Virus record (IMG/VR): IMGVR_UViG_3300032253_000018
Span: 1-36,528 of that record
Strand: one strand, 5' to 3'
DNA from: a virus
Lineage: Duplodnaviria > Caudoviricetes
Length of the DNA stretch: 36,528 nucleotides
Shown: positions 6,428 to 15,170 of the stretch, piece after piece
How positions within the stretch are numbered: position 1 is the stretch's first letter
Layout: each line of letters starts with the position of its first letter
Notes under the pieces: model-generated
What the model saw: only the letters and a program-made list of their open reading frames with translations
Database searches by the model: none
What the model was told of the DNA's origin: nothing
Position numbers and translations under genes: made by a program

Positions 6428-6894
6428 ATAACGAACAAAGAATAATCGAACTACTAACCGACATCAAAGCTCTGCTTGGTGGTAAAGGTAACAAGATAGT
6501 GAAAAATGTCGCTGTACCTGTTGGTGGGTTAGAGCGATTTGATGAATTTTGGAGTGTTTACCCCAAAAAAGCAGATAAAAAGCAAGTTAAGCGTAAATGG
6601 GCTGCACGTAAACTCGACAATATGGCTGATATGTTAATCGCCGATACTAGAAATAGGGTAGCGACTGACTCTCAATGGATAAGCGGTTATGCACCTAATC
6701 CCATGACTTATCTAAATAACGACAGATGGGAGGATGATATTCAGACAGCCGTACAGCCTGTTATTAAGGCTAATCCTGCTGACTACATAATCCCGCAAGA
6801 TTGGAAAGAGCTTGGGGCTAAGGTAGGTATAAAGCCGTTTAAAGATGAGAAATATGTTGATTTTAGGGCTAGAGTATCAGAGGCCACTAGGTGA
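6424..6894 (+). CDS. Phage replication initiator-like protein (C-terminal domain only)
   Basis: FDEFWSVYPKK..K....W and YAPNPMTYLN..RWED motifs typical of replisome-organiser C-terminal domains. Confidence 0.75.
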   Translation: MNNEQRIIELLTDIKALLGGKGNKIVKNVAVPVGGLERFDEFWSVYPKKADKKQVKRKWAARKLDNMADMLIADTRNRVATDSQWISGYAPNPMTYLNNDRWEDDIQTAVQPVIKANPADYIIPQDWKELGAKVGIKPFKDEKYVDFRARVSEATR

Positions 6895-6927
6895 ATCACA
6901 ATATAGTTATGATAATAGGGGGTTAGT

Positions 6928-7131
6928 ATGGAATTTTTAGATTATTTAGCGTGGGGTGTAATGGTGTTTTTGTATGCCGCTATTATTGTACCCCTAATTG
7001 GGTCAACTAATGATTATAACGAAGGGTACTTTAAAGCTATGAAACTAGGCTTGGTAATTCACGGTTTTTTAGTGGCATTTACGGCCATACTTTTTGGCTC
7101 TTTATGGGCTTTTTTTCGGATAATAGGATAA
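6928..7131 (+). CDS. Small two-TM membrane protein
   Basis: Two hydrophobic helices, GGGG RBS. Confidence 0.7.
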   Translation: MEFLDYLAWGVMVFLYAAIIVPLIGSTNDYNEGYFKAMKLGLVIHGFLVAFTAILFGSLWAFFRIIG

Positions 7132-7143
7132 GAGAGGCTTGAT

Positions 7144-7401
7144 ATGGTAAAGCGATACGAATACAAAGGCCAGATGCTAACCATTAGAGAGTTGGTTCCT
7201 TTTTCAGTGGTTGGTTACGAAACATTAATGCGAAGAATCTCAGTTAATAGTTGGGATGTTGATGATGTAATAAACAAGCCTGTCGATCCAACAAAGCGGC
7301 GAAGCAGTGCGCCTCCATGTAAAAGGGATATCAACAAGAAAAAACCTAAAGCTAAATTTCAGGTATTCGCTCGATGTGTGGGTAGACGTAATTCTAAATA
7401 A
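7144..7401 (+). CDS. Small HTH-like DNA-binding protein
   Basis: YEYKGQMLTIREL....GYETLMRRI...W pattern, like the DNA-binding modules appended to phage HNH enzymes. Confidence 0.6.
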   Translation: MVKRYEYKGQMLTIRELVPFSVVGYETLMRRISVNSWDVDDVINKPVDPTKRRSSAPPCKRDINKKKPKAKFQVFARCVGRRNSK

Positions 7402-7437
7402 CACTAATCTAAATAACACTAATCTAAATAACACTAA
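7393..7437. repeat. Perfect tandem repeat 3 x 15 bp (TCTAAATAACACTAA)
   Basis: Copies at 7393, 7408, 7423. Confidence 0.95.
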
Positions 7438-7460
7438 TAAAGAACTACAAGGGGGTAGTA

Positions 7461-7541
7461 ATGAATAATCTTTACAAACGAGACGCAGCCTATAAGTTTT
7501 GTGCTAACTATAAACCAAGCACAATACATTTGAGGGCTTAA
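7461..7541 (+). CDS. Small peptide (26 aa)
   Basis: MNNLYKRDAAYKFCANYKPSTIHLRA; AAGGGGG RBS; TAATG coupling. Confidence 0.5.
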   Translation: MNNLYKRDAAYKFCANYKPSTIHLRA

Positions 7542-7744
7542 TGATGAGATTTGAATTAATACCAATAAGCAAAGGAAAATACGCTATTCGAGATAATGAA
7601 GAACTAAAACATTATGATATCGACAGCCAAAGAGAATACTTGCTCTCTGTAAAGGGTGATGCGGAAGAAATAGTTAATTTATTGAATCAGTTTGTTAGAA
7701 CAATTGAACGTGATGTAGAGCCTTTAGAAATAACTCTTAGCTAA
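7541..7744 (+). CDS. Hypothetical protein
   Basis: 67-aa ORF in operon. Confidence 0.65.
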   Translation: MMRFELIPISKGKYAIRDNEELKHYDIDSQREYLLSVKGDAEEIVNLLNQFVRTIERDVEPLEITLS

Positions 7745-7760
7745 CAATACGCAAGGATAA

Positions 7761-7943
7761 GTGATGAATATTGAACTAATCAAAATAGACGATAAGCCGA
7801 TAAAACGGAGAGTATTTATGAAAGACCACGCAGGCAAGGAACGACGTAGAAAGCCAAAACTTAAGCAGTTTACCCGAATTATTGAGATTGCAATCGTTAT
7901 TTGTGGTGTGGCTTCTTTTATTATGCTGACTCACCCATCATGA
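7761..7943 (+). CDS. Small protein with C-terminal TM
   Basis: Basic N-terminus, hydrophobic C-terminus; ATGA overlap with the methyltransferase. Confidence 0.6.
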   Translation: MMNIELIKIDDKPIKRRVFMKDHAGKERRRKPKLKQFTRIIEIAIVICGVASFIMLTHPS

Positions 7944-8542
7944 AGGTTTTAATTGGGTGCGAGTATAGTGGAATCGTGAGAGATGCCTTTATTGCTAAAG
8001 GTTGTACTGCCATTAGCTGTGATTTATTGCCGACTGATAAACCCGGCCCACACTACCAAGGCGATATATTCGATATGCTTAACCAGAAATGGGATTTAAT
8101 AATTATGCACCCTCCTTGTACGGCATTAACCGTAGCCGGTAATGCGACATACGGCGAGGGGCAGCCAAAATATCAAGAAAGGCTCGACTCCGTTCAATGG
8201 GTTAAATCTTTATGGGATCAATGTCTTGAAGTATCTGGTAGCATTTGTTTTGAAAATCCAGTTGGTGTACTGCAAAGACTAGGCGGCTTCCATAAGCCGC
8301 AATATATACAGCCATACGAATTTGGGCACAAAGAACAAAAAAAGACGGGGTTATTCCTTTACGGGTTGCCACCACTAATGAAGGTCGCATCTAATAATGT
8401 TTACAAGGAAATGATGCTGCTGCCAAAAAATAAACGAGAGCGACTACATTATTTACCGCCCTCCATAGATAGATGGAAAATACGCTCAACAACATACCAA
8501 GGTATAGCAGATGCAATGGCTAACCAATGGGGCGCATTATGA
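7940..8542 (+). CDS. Phage DNA cytosine-C5 methyltransferase (short type)
   Basis: MKVLIGCEYSG.VRDAF, SCDL, HPPCT catalytic motif, ENPVG; start re-assigned to 7940. Confidence 0.85.
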   Translation: MKVLIGCEYSGIVRDAFIAKGCTAISCDLLPTDKPGPHYQGDIFDMLNQKWDLIIMHPPCTALTVAGNATYGEGQPKYQERLDSVQWVKSLWDQCLEVSGSICFENPVGVLQRLGGFHKPQYIQPYEFGHKEQKKTGLFLYGLPPLMKVASNNVYKEMMLLPKNKRERLHYLPPSIDRWKIRSTTYQGIADAMANQWGAL

Positions 8543-8721
8543 ATACGTGCCAATGGTGTAAACACCCCATTGAGGGCTTACCCCTTATCCACGTCCTAGG
8601 CTTGGATATTTACTTTCATGCGGAATGTGGTGAGAAAGTCGATTTAATCGACGATATGTGGCTAGGTTTTACGCTGCTTGCTTTACCGAGACGTGCAGAA
8701 TCCCACGCTCTATCAAGATAG
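8539..8721 (+). CDS. Small Cys-containing hypothetical protein
   Basis: MNTCQWCKHPI...FHAEC; ATGA overlap. Confidence 0.55.
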   Translation: MNTCQWCKHPIEGLPLIHVLGLDIYFHAECGEKVDLIDDMWLGFTLLALPRRAESHALSR

Positions 8722-8877
8722 CGATTGCGTGTTGGTCTCCGTTGCTTGCTCGTTTTAACAATTCTTTATTACTCACAATTAACCCCACTTATATGGGTAT
8801 TAGTAAAACTATATATAATTATATGCGAATATTAGAGAAAAGCAAATTAATGGGCTGAAATTAATTTAATTATTTAC

Positions 8878-8906
8878 TAGACATACTATAAAATATAGTA
8901 TATGAT
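8878..8906 (+). promoter_or_regulatory. Promoter whose 17-bp spacer is a perfect operator
   Basis: TAGACA-[TACTATA-AAA-TATAGTA]-TATGAT. Confidence 0.8.
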
Positions 8907-8931
8907 TAGTTCAAATCAAAGGGGAAATGAA

Positions 8932-9153
8932 ATGATAAGTGAACGATCAACAATACCTAATCCATTTAACAATGATGAAATTAACGTCGATATTGAGTAT
9001 GAAGTTTCATTTTACGAAGGGAATTCATTTGACGTTGAAATTAAATCTCTCGTCACGGATGAATTTGTTGAATTGATACCTTACTTGAGCTTTAAATATT
9101 TAGACGACTTAAAAGCGCCAGTAATGGCTCAATATAAGCAGAATCACCAATAG
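8932..9153 (+). CDS. Acidic hypothetical protein
   Basis: Start 8932 with AAGGGG RBS, first gene after the promoter. Confidence 0.7.
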   Translation: MISERSTIPNPFNNDEINVDIEYEVSFYEGNSFDVEIKSLVTDEFVELIPYLSFKYLDDLKAPVMAQYKQNHQ

Positions 9154-9157
9154 GGGG

Positions 9158-9742
9158 ATGAAGATGAAATTAAATATACAAGTAGAATTAGAGTGGCTAG
9201 ATGAAGAAGGCAATCTTGATGATAAAGTTCAGCATCAAATTATTTCTGGAGTGAAACAGGCAATAAGCAAGGACTGTCTAAGCCTAGTTGAGAAGAAAAC
9301 ACAGAAATCAATAGATGATGGCATGGAATCCGCTATCAATCTTATGAAAGATAAAGTTTCTGAATTTTTAGAGGACTGGCTAAATAATGAAGCCGTTATC
9401 ACTGATAAATATGGAGATAAAGTTGAAGAAGGTTCCTTAAAAGATATTATCAAGCGTGAGTTTAGTAATTGCATGAACGAAAGAGTTGGCTCTGACGGAA
9501 AGGCGGCCAGTTCCTATAACTCAAAGTATACTAGATTAGAGTTTGTGACTGGCAAAAAAGTTAAGGAAATCGTGGATGAGTACCTATCTAGCTATGGTAA
9601 GGATATTAATAAAACAATAAAAGAAAACATAGAGCAAGGCATTAAGTCTAGGGTTTCTAATAAGTTCGCTGAGATGGTTATCGGATATGCGAAACAAGAT
9701 CATCTTAATTCAAAAGCTATTGATAATCAGAGGGGAGAATGA
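9158..9742 (+). CDS. Hypothetical helical protein
   Basis: 194-aa ORF, GGGGG RBS. Confidence 0.8.
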   Translation: MKMKLNIQVELEWLDEEGNLDDKVQHQIISGVKQAISKDCLSLVEKKTQKSIDDGMESAINLMKDKVSEFLEDWLNNEAVITDKYGDKVEEGSLKDIIKREFSNCMNERVGSDGKAASSYNSKYTRLEFVTGKKVKEIVDEYLSSYGKDINKTIKENIEQGIKSRVSNKFAEMVIGYAKQDHLNSKAIDNQRGE

Positions 9743-9743
9743 A

Positions 9744-9917
9744 ATGAATTTTACACGCTCAAAACTATACATAGTATTTACGGTCTTTGTAATTATGCCA
9801 ATAAACGGTGCTCTAGTAACTACTAATCCTTGGTTTATATTATTGCTTGTGACTCAAATTCCTTGGTTTCTACTAAGGCTCGAAGATTACCACCCAAGCT
9901 TAGAGGGTAAGCCATGA
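9744..9917 (+). CDS. Small two-TM membrane protein
   Basis: Start re-assigned to 9744 (GGGGAG RBS); hydrophobic hairpin. Confidence 0.6.
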   Translation: MNFTRSKLYIVFTVFVIMPINGALVTTNPWFILLLVTQIPWFLLRLEDYHPSLEGKP

Positions 9918-10150
9918 CTAGCCCTTTCCGAGATATGGATTTAATCGTAAAAACATTTGACGACGCTATTAATAAAATGACGCAGGGGAGAAGCAACATG
10001 AATCAATCAGTAATAGAAGTGGAAAGCATTAGTCCGCACTATTTTGTAAAAAAGGATGGTAAGGAAGTAGCGAGATTTAACGATATTCTACGACCTGATG
10101 CATTAACAAAAGCGTATGAATTAAAAGAAAAACTAGAAGGTGAGAAATGA
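9914..10150 (+). CDS. Hypothetical protein
   Basis: ATGA overlaps at both ends. Confidence 0.65.
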   Translation: MTSPFRDMDLIVKTFDDAINKMTQGRSNMNQSVIEVESISPHYFVKKDGKEVARFNDILRPDALTKAYELKEKLEGEK

Positions 10151-11025
10151 GCGGATTTTCAAAAGACCAGATTAAACTATTAAATGAGCCTCTCTTAAAA
10201 GAGGACGTTAAAACCCGCGACGGTACAGGTAATAATAAATTATCGTATCTTGCATCGTTTCACGTCATTGAAGAAGCGAATCGGATATTCGGCTTTGATG
10301 GATGGGATTCTGAAATATTATCTCTGACTCAAGTCGATAAAACTGAATACCAAAAGCCACCATATCAAGGCAAAGGCGAGCCAAAGGAGATGATTTCAAT
10401 ATCTTATCTTTGTAAATTGCGCTTAACCGTAAAAGCAGGGGATACCGTAGTGGTAAAAGAGGATGCAGGCTTTGGGAATGGGGTCGCAGGGGCAACGGCT
10501 TACGGGATTGGTAGCTGTATCGAGCTTGCATCAAAAGAAGCCGTTACAGACGCTCTCAAGCGGTGCATGCGATATTACGGCAATAAATTTGGCCTTACTT
10601 TGTATGATAAAGATAATACAAATCAATTGGATTTTAACCAATTTGAAATGTCAAAACCTGTTACTGATGAACAGTTAAGCGATTTACGCGAATTATATGG
10701 TGAACGACATATAAACGATGAGTGGGTATTGATTGCGCTCAAATCTGAGGGGTATCCAGATGATACGCTCGAAGAAATGCGTCAGGATTGGTACAAGTTC
10801 GCTTTTGATGTTGCTCACAAATTCAAGCTTGATGAGATTAACGCGAAAAACTACGAACTTGAAATGGACAAAGCATTTAAGCTAATGCGCGAATCAGCAA
10901 GCCCTAATATGCTAAAAGCGTTATTTAAAGAAGCATTCGAGAAAGCCGCCAAAAATGAGGACAAAGAACGTCAACTTGAAGCGCGAAATATATTTGAAGA
11001 AGTTAAAAAGAGGCTAACGAAATGA
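10147..11025 (+). CDS. sak: Sak/Rad52-family single-strand annealing protein
   Basis: LSY....VIEEANRIFGFDGW, ED.GFG.G, A.KEAVTDALKR..R.YGN.FGL.LY. Confidence 0.92.
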   Translation: MSGFSKDQIKLLNEPLLKEDVKTRDGTGNNKLSYLASFHVIEEANRIFGFDGWDSEILSLTQVDKTEYQKPPYQGKGEPKEMISISYLCKLRLTVKAGDTVVVKEDAGFGNGVAGATAYGIGSCIELASKEAVTDALKRCMRYYGNKFGLTLYDKDNTNQLDFNQFEMSKPVTDEQLSDLRELYGERHINDEWVLIALKSEGYPDDTLEEMRQDWYKFAFDVAHKFKLDEINAKNYELEMDKAFKLMRESASPNMLKALFKEAFEKAAKNEDKERQLEARNIFEEVKKRLTK

Positions 11026-11513
11026 AATTGCATGAAATAACAGAGCAGCATCGAGAATTAATGGCTTTAGCGGAATCTGATCAAGATATGGCTCAAGCGG
11101 TAGCAGATACAATGGAGTCTCTTGATGGAAGTTTTAATGATAAAGCTTTGTCCTTGATGGGCGTCGTATCGAATATGGATGCCGATGTGCAGGCCATTAA
11201 AAGCGAAATAGAGCGCCTAACGAACCGTAAAAAAGCCATTGAGAATCGTCAACAGGGAATGCGGGAATACTTGAAAAGCAATATGGAGGCATCACAGATT
11301 AAAAAAATACTCTGCCCTTTATTTACAATTACCTTAGTGAATGGGCGCGATATTGTCAGAATCGACGATGAAAGCAAAATACCGACCGATTACCTAAATA
11401 TTGAAACCGTTGTATCTCCGATGAAAAAAGAGATTTTAGCGGCACTTAAAGAAGGTGAAAAGATAGACGGTGCAACATTAGTTAAATCAGATAAATCAAT
11501 CAGAATTAAATAG
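11022..11513 (+). CDS. Siphovirus Gp157-family protein
   Basis: MKLHEI...DT.ESL...F..K...IK.EI.RL..RKK...IP..Y...K..I..ALK.GE.I.GA.L......RIK. Confidence 0.85.
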   Translation: MKLHEITEQHRELMALAESDQDMAQAVADTMESLDGSFNDKALSLMGVVSNMDADVQAIKSEIERLTNRKKAIENRQQGMREYLKSNMEASQIKKILCPLFTITLVNGRDIVRIDDESKIPTDYLNIETVVSPMKKEILAALKEGEKIDGATLVKSDKSIRIK

Positions 11514-11821
11514 TGTGCGAAGTAATCAAAAAAATGGAGGCTGATAGGCTAAATTGTTTAAAAGCCGCCTCCAAGCTAACAAAGGGTAAACAGTCTTATT
11601 ATTTATCACGCGACAAAAGACAGTTAATAGCTATTAAGTCTGGTCGATACAAAAAGCACGTTAGCGATAGGGAGCTTGAATTGTTAGAAGCATTAGATTT
11701 TGCTAATAAAGCATTAAGAGAAGCCGCTAAACATTTAAAAGTTAAACAACAAGCGAGAATAACAGGAATGACGCAGCGACAAGTTGAATATTATCATTAT
11801 ATTAATCAGGGGGAACTATGA
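11513..11821 (+). CDS. Hypothetical basic protein
   Basis: 102-aa ORF in operon. Confidence 0.65.
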   Translation: MCEVIKKMEADRLNCLKAASKLTKGKQSYYLSRDKRQLIAIKSGRYKKHVSDRELELLEALDFANKALREAAKHLKVKQQARITGMTQRQVEYYHYINQGEL

Positions 11822-12036
11822 AAAAATGCGCTAACAATCAATGTGAACGCAAAGGCCAAGAGCTAAAGAATAGGTGCTTTGCGATAAAGCATCAAAATAG
11901 TGATGGCTTGGACACGGTTTGCAAAGCTTGCAGACGAAAGGCTGACAGAGAGATGCGCCACGGTAGAGGCTCGTTAAGGGAAAGAATGGCGCTTGAAGGT
12001 GTTGTTATGTCACATTCAGGGGTGAGTGATGGATAA
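11818..12036 (+). CDS. Zn-finger hypothetical protein
   Basis: KKC....C...F.....DGL...CKAC. Confidence 0.65.
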   Translation: MKKCANNQCERKGQELKNRCFAIKHQNSDGLDTVCKACRRKADREMRHGRGSLRERMALEGVVMSHSGVSDG

Positions 12037-12361
12037 AATAAACTTGGTAAGCCAAGCAAGAGTTATTAAGTGTCGTAGATTATCAGAAGAAACCGAAACA
12101 GACTGGTGTTTAGCTGATGCTAGTCGTGAGTCATTACGTGAGTACATGAAGCTATTAAAAGAAGCTACAGGGCGCATCAACTACTTAGAGAGCTTAAGGC
12201 TAGATGAAATTGCTGTAGGTGATAGATTTATTGAAAATGGCGACGCGCAAGGAACTATATTGTCTACTGAGAATTGGGATAAGCGAATGATCGAAGCGGG
12301 ATTATCAGAGCGTTGGTGTCAAATCATTATAAGACCTGTAACGACAAGCCATGACACATGA
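12026..12361 (+). CDS. Hypothetical protein
   Basis: 111-aa ORF in operon. Confidence 0.65.
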   Translation: MMDKINLVSQARVIKCRRLSEETETDWCLADASRESLREYMKLLKEATGRINYLESLRLDEIAVGDRFIENGDAQGTILSTENWDKRMIEAGLSERWCQIIIRPVTTSHDT

Positions 12362-12536
12362 AAAAACATTAAACTTAGTTTTATTTGTATTGATGCTAGC
12401 GACCGTTTTCTATGCAGGATTTAATTATGGTGAGCGTAGAGAGCAAAAGCGAATCCTTACCGATTGCGAGAATGAAGAGTTTACACAGATATACGATAAG
12501 CAAATTAGTTGTTCGATCAGGACGATGATACGTTGA
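12351..12536 (+). CDS. Small N-terminal-TM protein
   Basis: Hydrophobic N-terminus then two Cys. Confidence 0.6.
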   Translation: MTHEKTLNLVLFVLMLATVFYAGFNYGERREQKRILTDCENEEFTQIYDKQISCSIRTMIR

Positions 12537-12561
12537 CATATACTATATTTTATAGTACAGT
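12533..12561 (+). promoter_or_regulatory. Strong promoter with perfect operator
   Basis: TTGACA-N17-TACAGT; TACTATA-TTT-TATAGTA at 12541-12557. Confidence 0.8.
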
Positions 12562-12582
12562 TAAGTCATAAAGGGGATGAAT

Positions 12583-12711
12583 ATGATATTTAAGCAGCTA
12601 CTAATATATTACACAGATAGTCGAGATACTTCGATTGACTGGTTATTCGATAACGAACTAGAAATGATGATTAGGAGAAATAAAAATGACATGGTACACA
12701 AACGAAAGTGA
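12583..12711 (+). CDS. Small hypothetical protein (42 aa)
   Basis: MIFKQLLIYYTDSRDTSIDWLFDNELEMMIRRNKNDMVHKRK; AAGGGGA RBS right after the promoter. Confidence 0.55.
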   Translation: MIFKQLLIYYTDSRDTSIDWLFDNELEMMIRRNKNDMVHKRK

Positions 12712-12916
12712 GCTTGATTATTCTAAACCGATAATTGCGATTGGTAAGGATAGCACTTATTTACTGGTTCCATCTAATAAAAATACAGCTACCTATGATT
12801 GGCTGAACATAGAGACAGGGGGGTACAATTCGACTATGCAATGGGGCAGCGCGAAAGCTGCTATTGACGCATACAGCAGCTACGAAATAAAAAACGCAGA
12901 AATTAAAGCAGTATAG
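12686..12916 (+). CDS. Hypothetical protein
   Basis: AGGAG RBS, 76 aa. Confidence 0.75.
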   Translation: MTWYTNESELDYSKPIIAIGKDSTYLLVPSNKNTATYDWLNIETGGYNSTMQWGSAKAAIDAYSSYEIKNAEIKAV

Positions 12917-12924
12917 GTGATGAT

Positions 12925-13350
12925 ATGAAAAAAGAACTACTTAAATTATTGGAAACAAATAAAGAAAGCGAAAAAGCGATTAACGAAGTGCTTAAGTTAC
13001 TTGAGCCTGCTTGTCCATTTAAACATGATGAGTTGATAGCTGTTGGCGGCGATACACTGCGACATTTTAAAGAAATGAAAAACGGTAAGTATATTTGCTA
13101 TAATAATAACCGCTCATCAAAAGAAACATCACGGGTTGCTGTATGGAATGATGCCGCTCCTGTAATTCTCTTTACTTTACACGATGGTAAGGGTGTTCCT
13201 AATGTGCCTGATTGGGTTAGTTGGGTGAATGTTAGGGCTAAAGATGGGCGTACAGATTGGTGCTTTAGTAGTGGCATGAATGCTTATAAGTTCATCTGGG
13301 AAAACGTACCTGAAGACATTATCGGCTATGAATTTATAAAGGTGGATTGA
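12925..13350 (+). CDS. Hypothetical protein
   Basis: 141 aa; C-terminal F.W.....DIIGY pattern of small phage domains. Confidence 0.75.
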   Translation: MKKELLKLLETNKESEKAINEVLKLLEPACPFKHDELIAVGGDTLRHFKEMKNGKYICYNNNRSSKETSRVAVWNDAAPVILFTLHDGKGVPNVPDWVSWVNVRAKDGRTDWCFSSGMNAYKFIWENVPEDIIGYEFIKVD

Positions 13351-13351
13351 G

Positions 13352-13810
13352 ATGAACAGAAAAGAAAGGTTAAAACAAATTATAGCAGATGCAGAAGCCG
13401 AGCTTGTGAATATTGAAAAGCAGGATGAGCTTAAGTTGCGTAAATATTTTTGGCGTGTGGATAGTGAAGGCTGCACTAATCTTGGTGCAAATAGACTTAT
13501 CACCGCATTTGCAAACTCATACGAAACAGAAGAGATAGCACAACAACGAGCCGATAAGTTATTTATTCAAAACTTATACTTTCAAGCAGCGTTACGATTT
13601 AATGATGGCGAGATTGATTGGAGTAATGAAGATCAAAAAAAACATACTATTGTATATTGTCACGATTCAAAAACTTACATTATTAGTCATGCATATTTAA
13701 CTGAAAGAGAAGAGTTAACCTATTTCACATCACAACAAGCCACAGAAAAAGCTATTGAGTTTATTAAGCATCATAAAGCATTAAGGGGGAAGGTAAATAA
13801 TGATGAGTAA
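13352..13810 (+). CDS. Hypothetical protein
   Basis: 152 aa; IDW.NEDQKK..I.Y...YF.S...EKAIE pattern. Confidence 0.75.
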   Translation: MNRKERLKQIIADAEAELVNIEKQDELKLRKYFWRVDSEGCTNLGANRLITAFANSYETEEIAQQRADKLFIQNLYFQAALRFNDGEIDWSNEDQKKHTIVYCHDSKTYIISHAYLTEREELTYFTSQQATEKAIEFIKHHKALRGKVNNDE

Positions 13811-14039
13811 TGTGACAAAATACGGCTGCTGTGAAGCATATTGCGGAATGGTAGAAAGAGAAGGTGGTAACTATGTTGAAATTAGTTACTATATTAGACT
13901 GGAGAATGAAAAAATAAAACTCCAAGCCCAACTAAAAAAAGCACAAAGAGAGATTGAGATTTTAAGGCAATACGGGAACAAAGATTGTACTGCTATGGCA
14001 GATGAAGCCTTAAACAAAAAGGTAAATAATGGTGATTAA
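13800..14039 (+). CDS. Hypothetical protein
   Basis: 79 aa with coiled coil. Confidence 0.65.
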   Translation: MMSNVTKYGCCEAYCGMVEREGGNYVEISYYIRLENEKIKLQAQLKKAQREIEILRQYGNKDCTAMADEALNKKVNNGD

Positions 14040-14235
14040 ACGAAGTCAATGTAATTGCCCTTGTCATAAGCATGAAGGAATTATTCACGCTTTTCCTTGT
14101 TGTAAGTCAGATAAAAAAACGATTGAGCTAGCCAAGAAAATAGCCGAGCAAATAGAAAATGAAACTCAAGAACCTATTAATAAAATTGCTTGGGCTGAAA
14201 AATTAGCTAATGATATTTCTAAATTTAATGATTAG
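14029..14235 (+). CDS. Cys-rich hypothetical protein
   Basis: C.C.CH...H..PCC. Confidence 0.6.
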   Translation: MVIKRSQCNCPCHKHEGIIHAFPCCKSDKKTIELAKKIAEQIENETQEPINKIAWAEKLANDISKFND

Positions 14236-14244
14236 AGGCAAATA

Positions 14245-14823
14245 ATGATGAGTGATAAATTAGAAAATGTTAAATGGTTTTTAACGGAATTAGCCAATCA
14301 AGACAGTGAAGATATTGAGTCTAATGACATTGAAATATATGGAGAAGATACGCTAGGCCGTGACGGTTGTTTTACGGTAGAAATAACAAAGGTTGCTCAA
14401 CAAGCTTACGATGAAATCGAGCAACTCCAAGCTAAACTTAAAGAAGCAGAGGAAAGAATAGCTTCTCTAGAGTGTGTCATTATAAACCCTAATTGGTGTA
14501 TTGGGTGTACGCCTGACACTTGCCAAGGATGCAATGAAGGCAGAGTCAGGAATATTGAAGCATTAAACAATAAAGGTAAATTTAAAAAGCTTAACGATGA
14601 AATAGAGAATCTGAAGGCTTCCGAGCGTGGCGCACAAGCTAAGAACAGGGAAAATGAAATAAATATTGATGAACTCCAAAATGTACGAAGAATTTTAGAG
14701 AGAGGTCTAAAAATAGCACAAACCACTCGAACGGAAAGTAATTATATAGACTTGTTTCAACACGGTTTAGATTTACTTGAAAGTGCAGGCTTACCTGCTC
14801 TACCAAAAGAAATAGATAAATGA
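14245..14823 (+). CDS. Coiled-coil hypothetical protein
   Basis: 192 aa, C..C....C..C insert. Confidence 0.7.
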   Translation: MMSDKLENVKWFLTELANQDSEDIESNDIEIYGEDTLGRDGCFTVEITKVAQQAYDEIEQLQAKLKEAEERIASLECVIINPNWCIGCTPDTCQGCNEGRVRNIEALNNKGKFKKLNDEIENLKASERGAQAKNRENEINIDELQNVRRILERGLKIAQTTRTESNYIDLFQHGLDLLESAGLPALPKEIDK

Positions 14824-15152
14824 AAACAGTTAAATTACAGGGCATACCGCTAAAAATTCATGGCGCAGATTTTAAAATATCCATCGATGAAGCTCGTGAA
14901 TTATATCTTGAGCTAAGTAAACTTTTCAATGGGCAAACGTTTTATCCAATACATGATGATTTCGATTATGAAACTGATGAGTTAAGGCCATGCCCATTTT
15001 GTGATAGTAAAGCTAACATAGATGATGATGTAACAGGAATACGTACCGTTACTTATTGGGTATCATGCAGTAATTGCGGAGTTGAAACTTTACCGACGAC
15101 TGATAAGCAAGCGGCAATCAAAGCATGGAACACAAGAAAATGGATAATTTAA
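14820..15152 (+). CDS. Protein with C-terminal Lar-like (restriction alleviation) Zn domain
   Basis: LRPCPFC...YWVSCSNCG......AAIKAWNTR. Confidence 0.8.
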   Translation: MKTVKLQGIPLKIHGADFKISIDEARELYLELSKLFNGQTFYPIHDDFDYETDELRPCPFCDSKANIDDDVTGIRTVTYWVSCSNCGVETLPTTDKQAAIKAWNTRKWII

Positions 15153-15170
15153 AAGCGATAGTTAAACAGC

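Noticed and set aside
8658-8858. 66-aa ORF
   Set aside because: Overlaps the preceding gene out of frame, no clear RBS, runs into AT-rich promoter-upstream DNA
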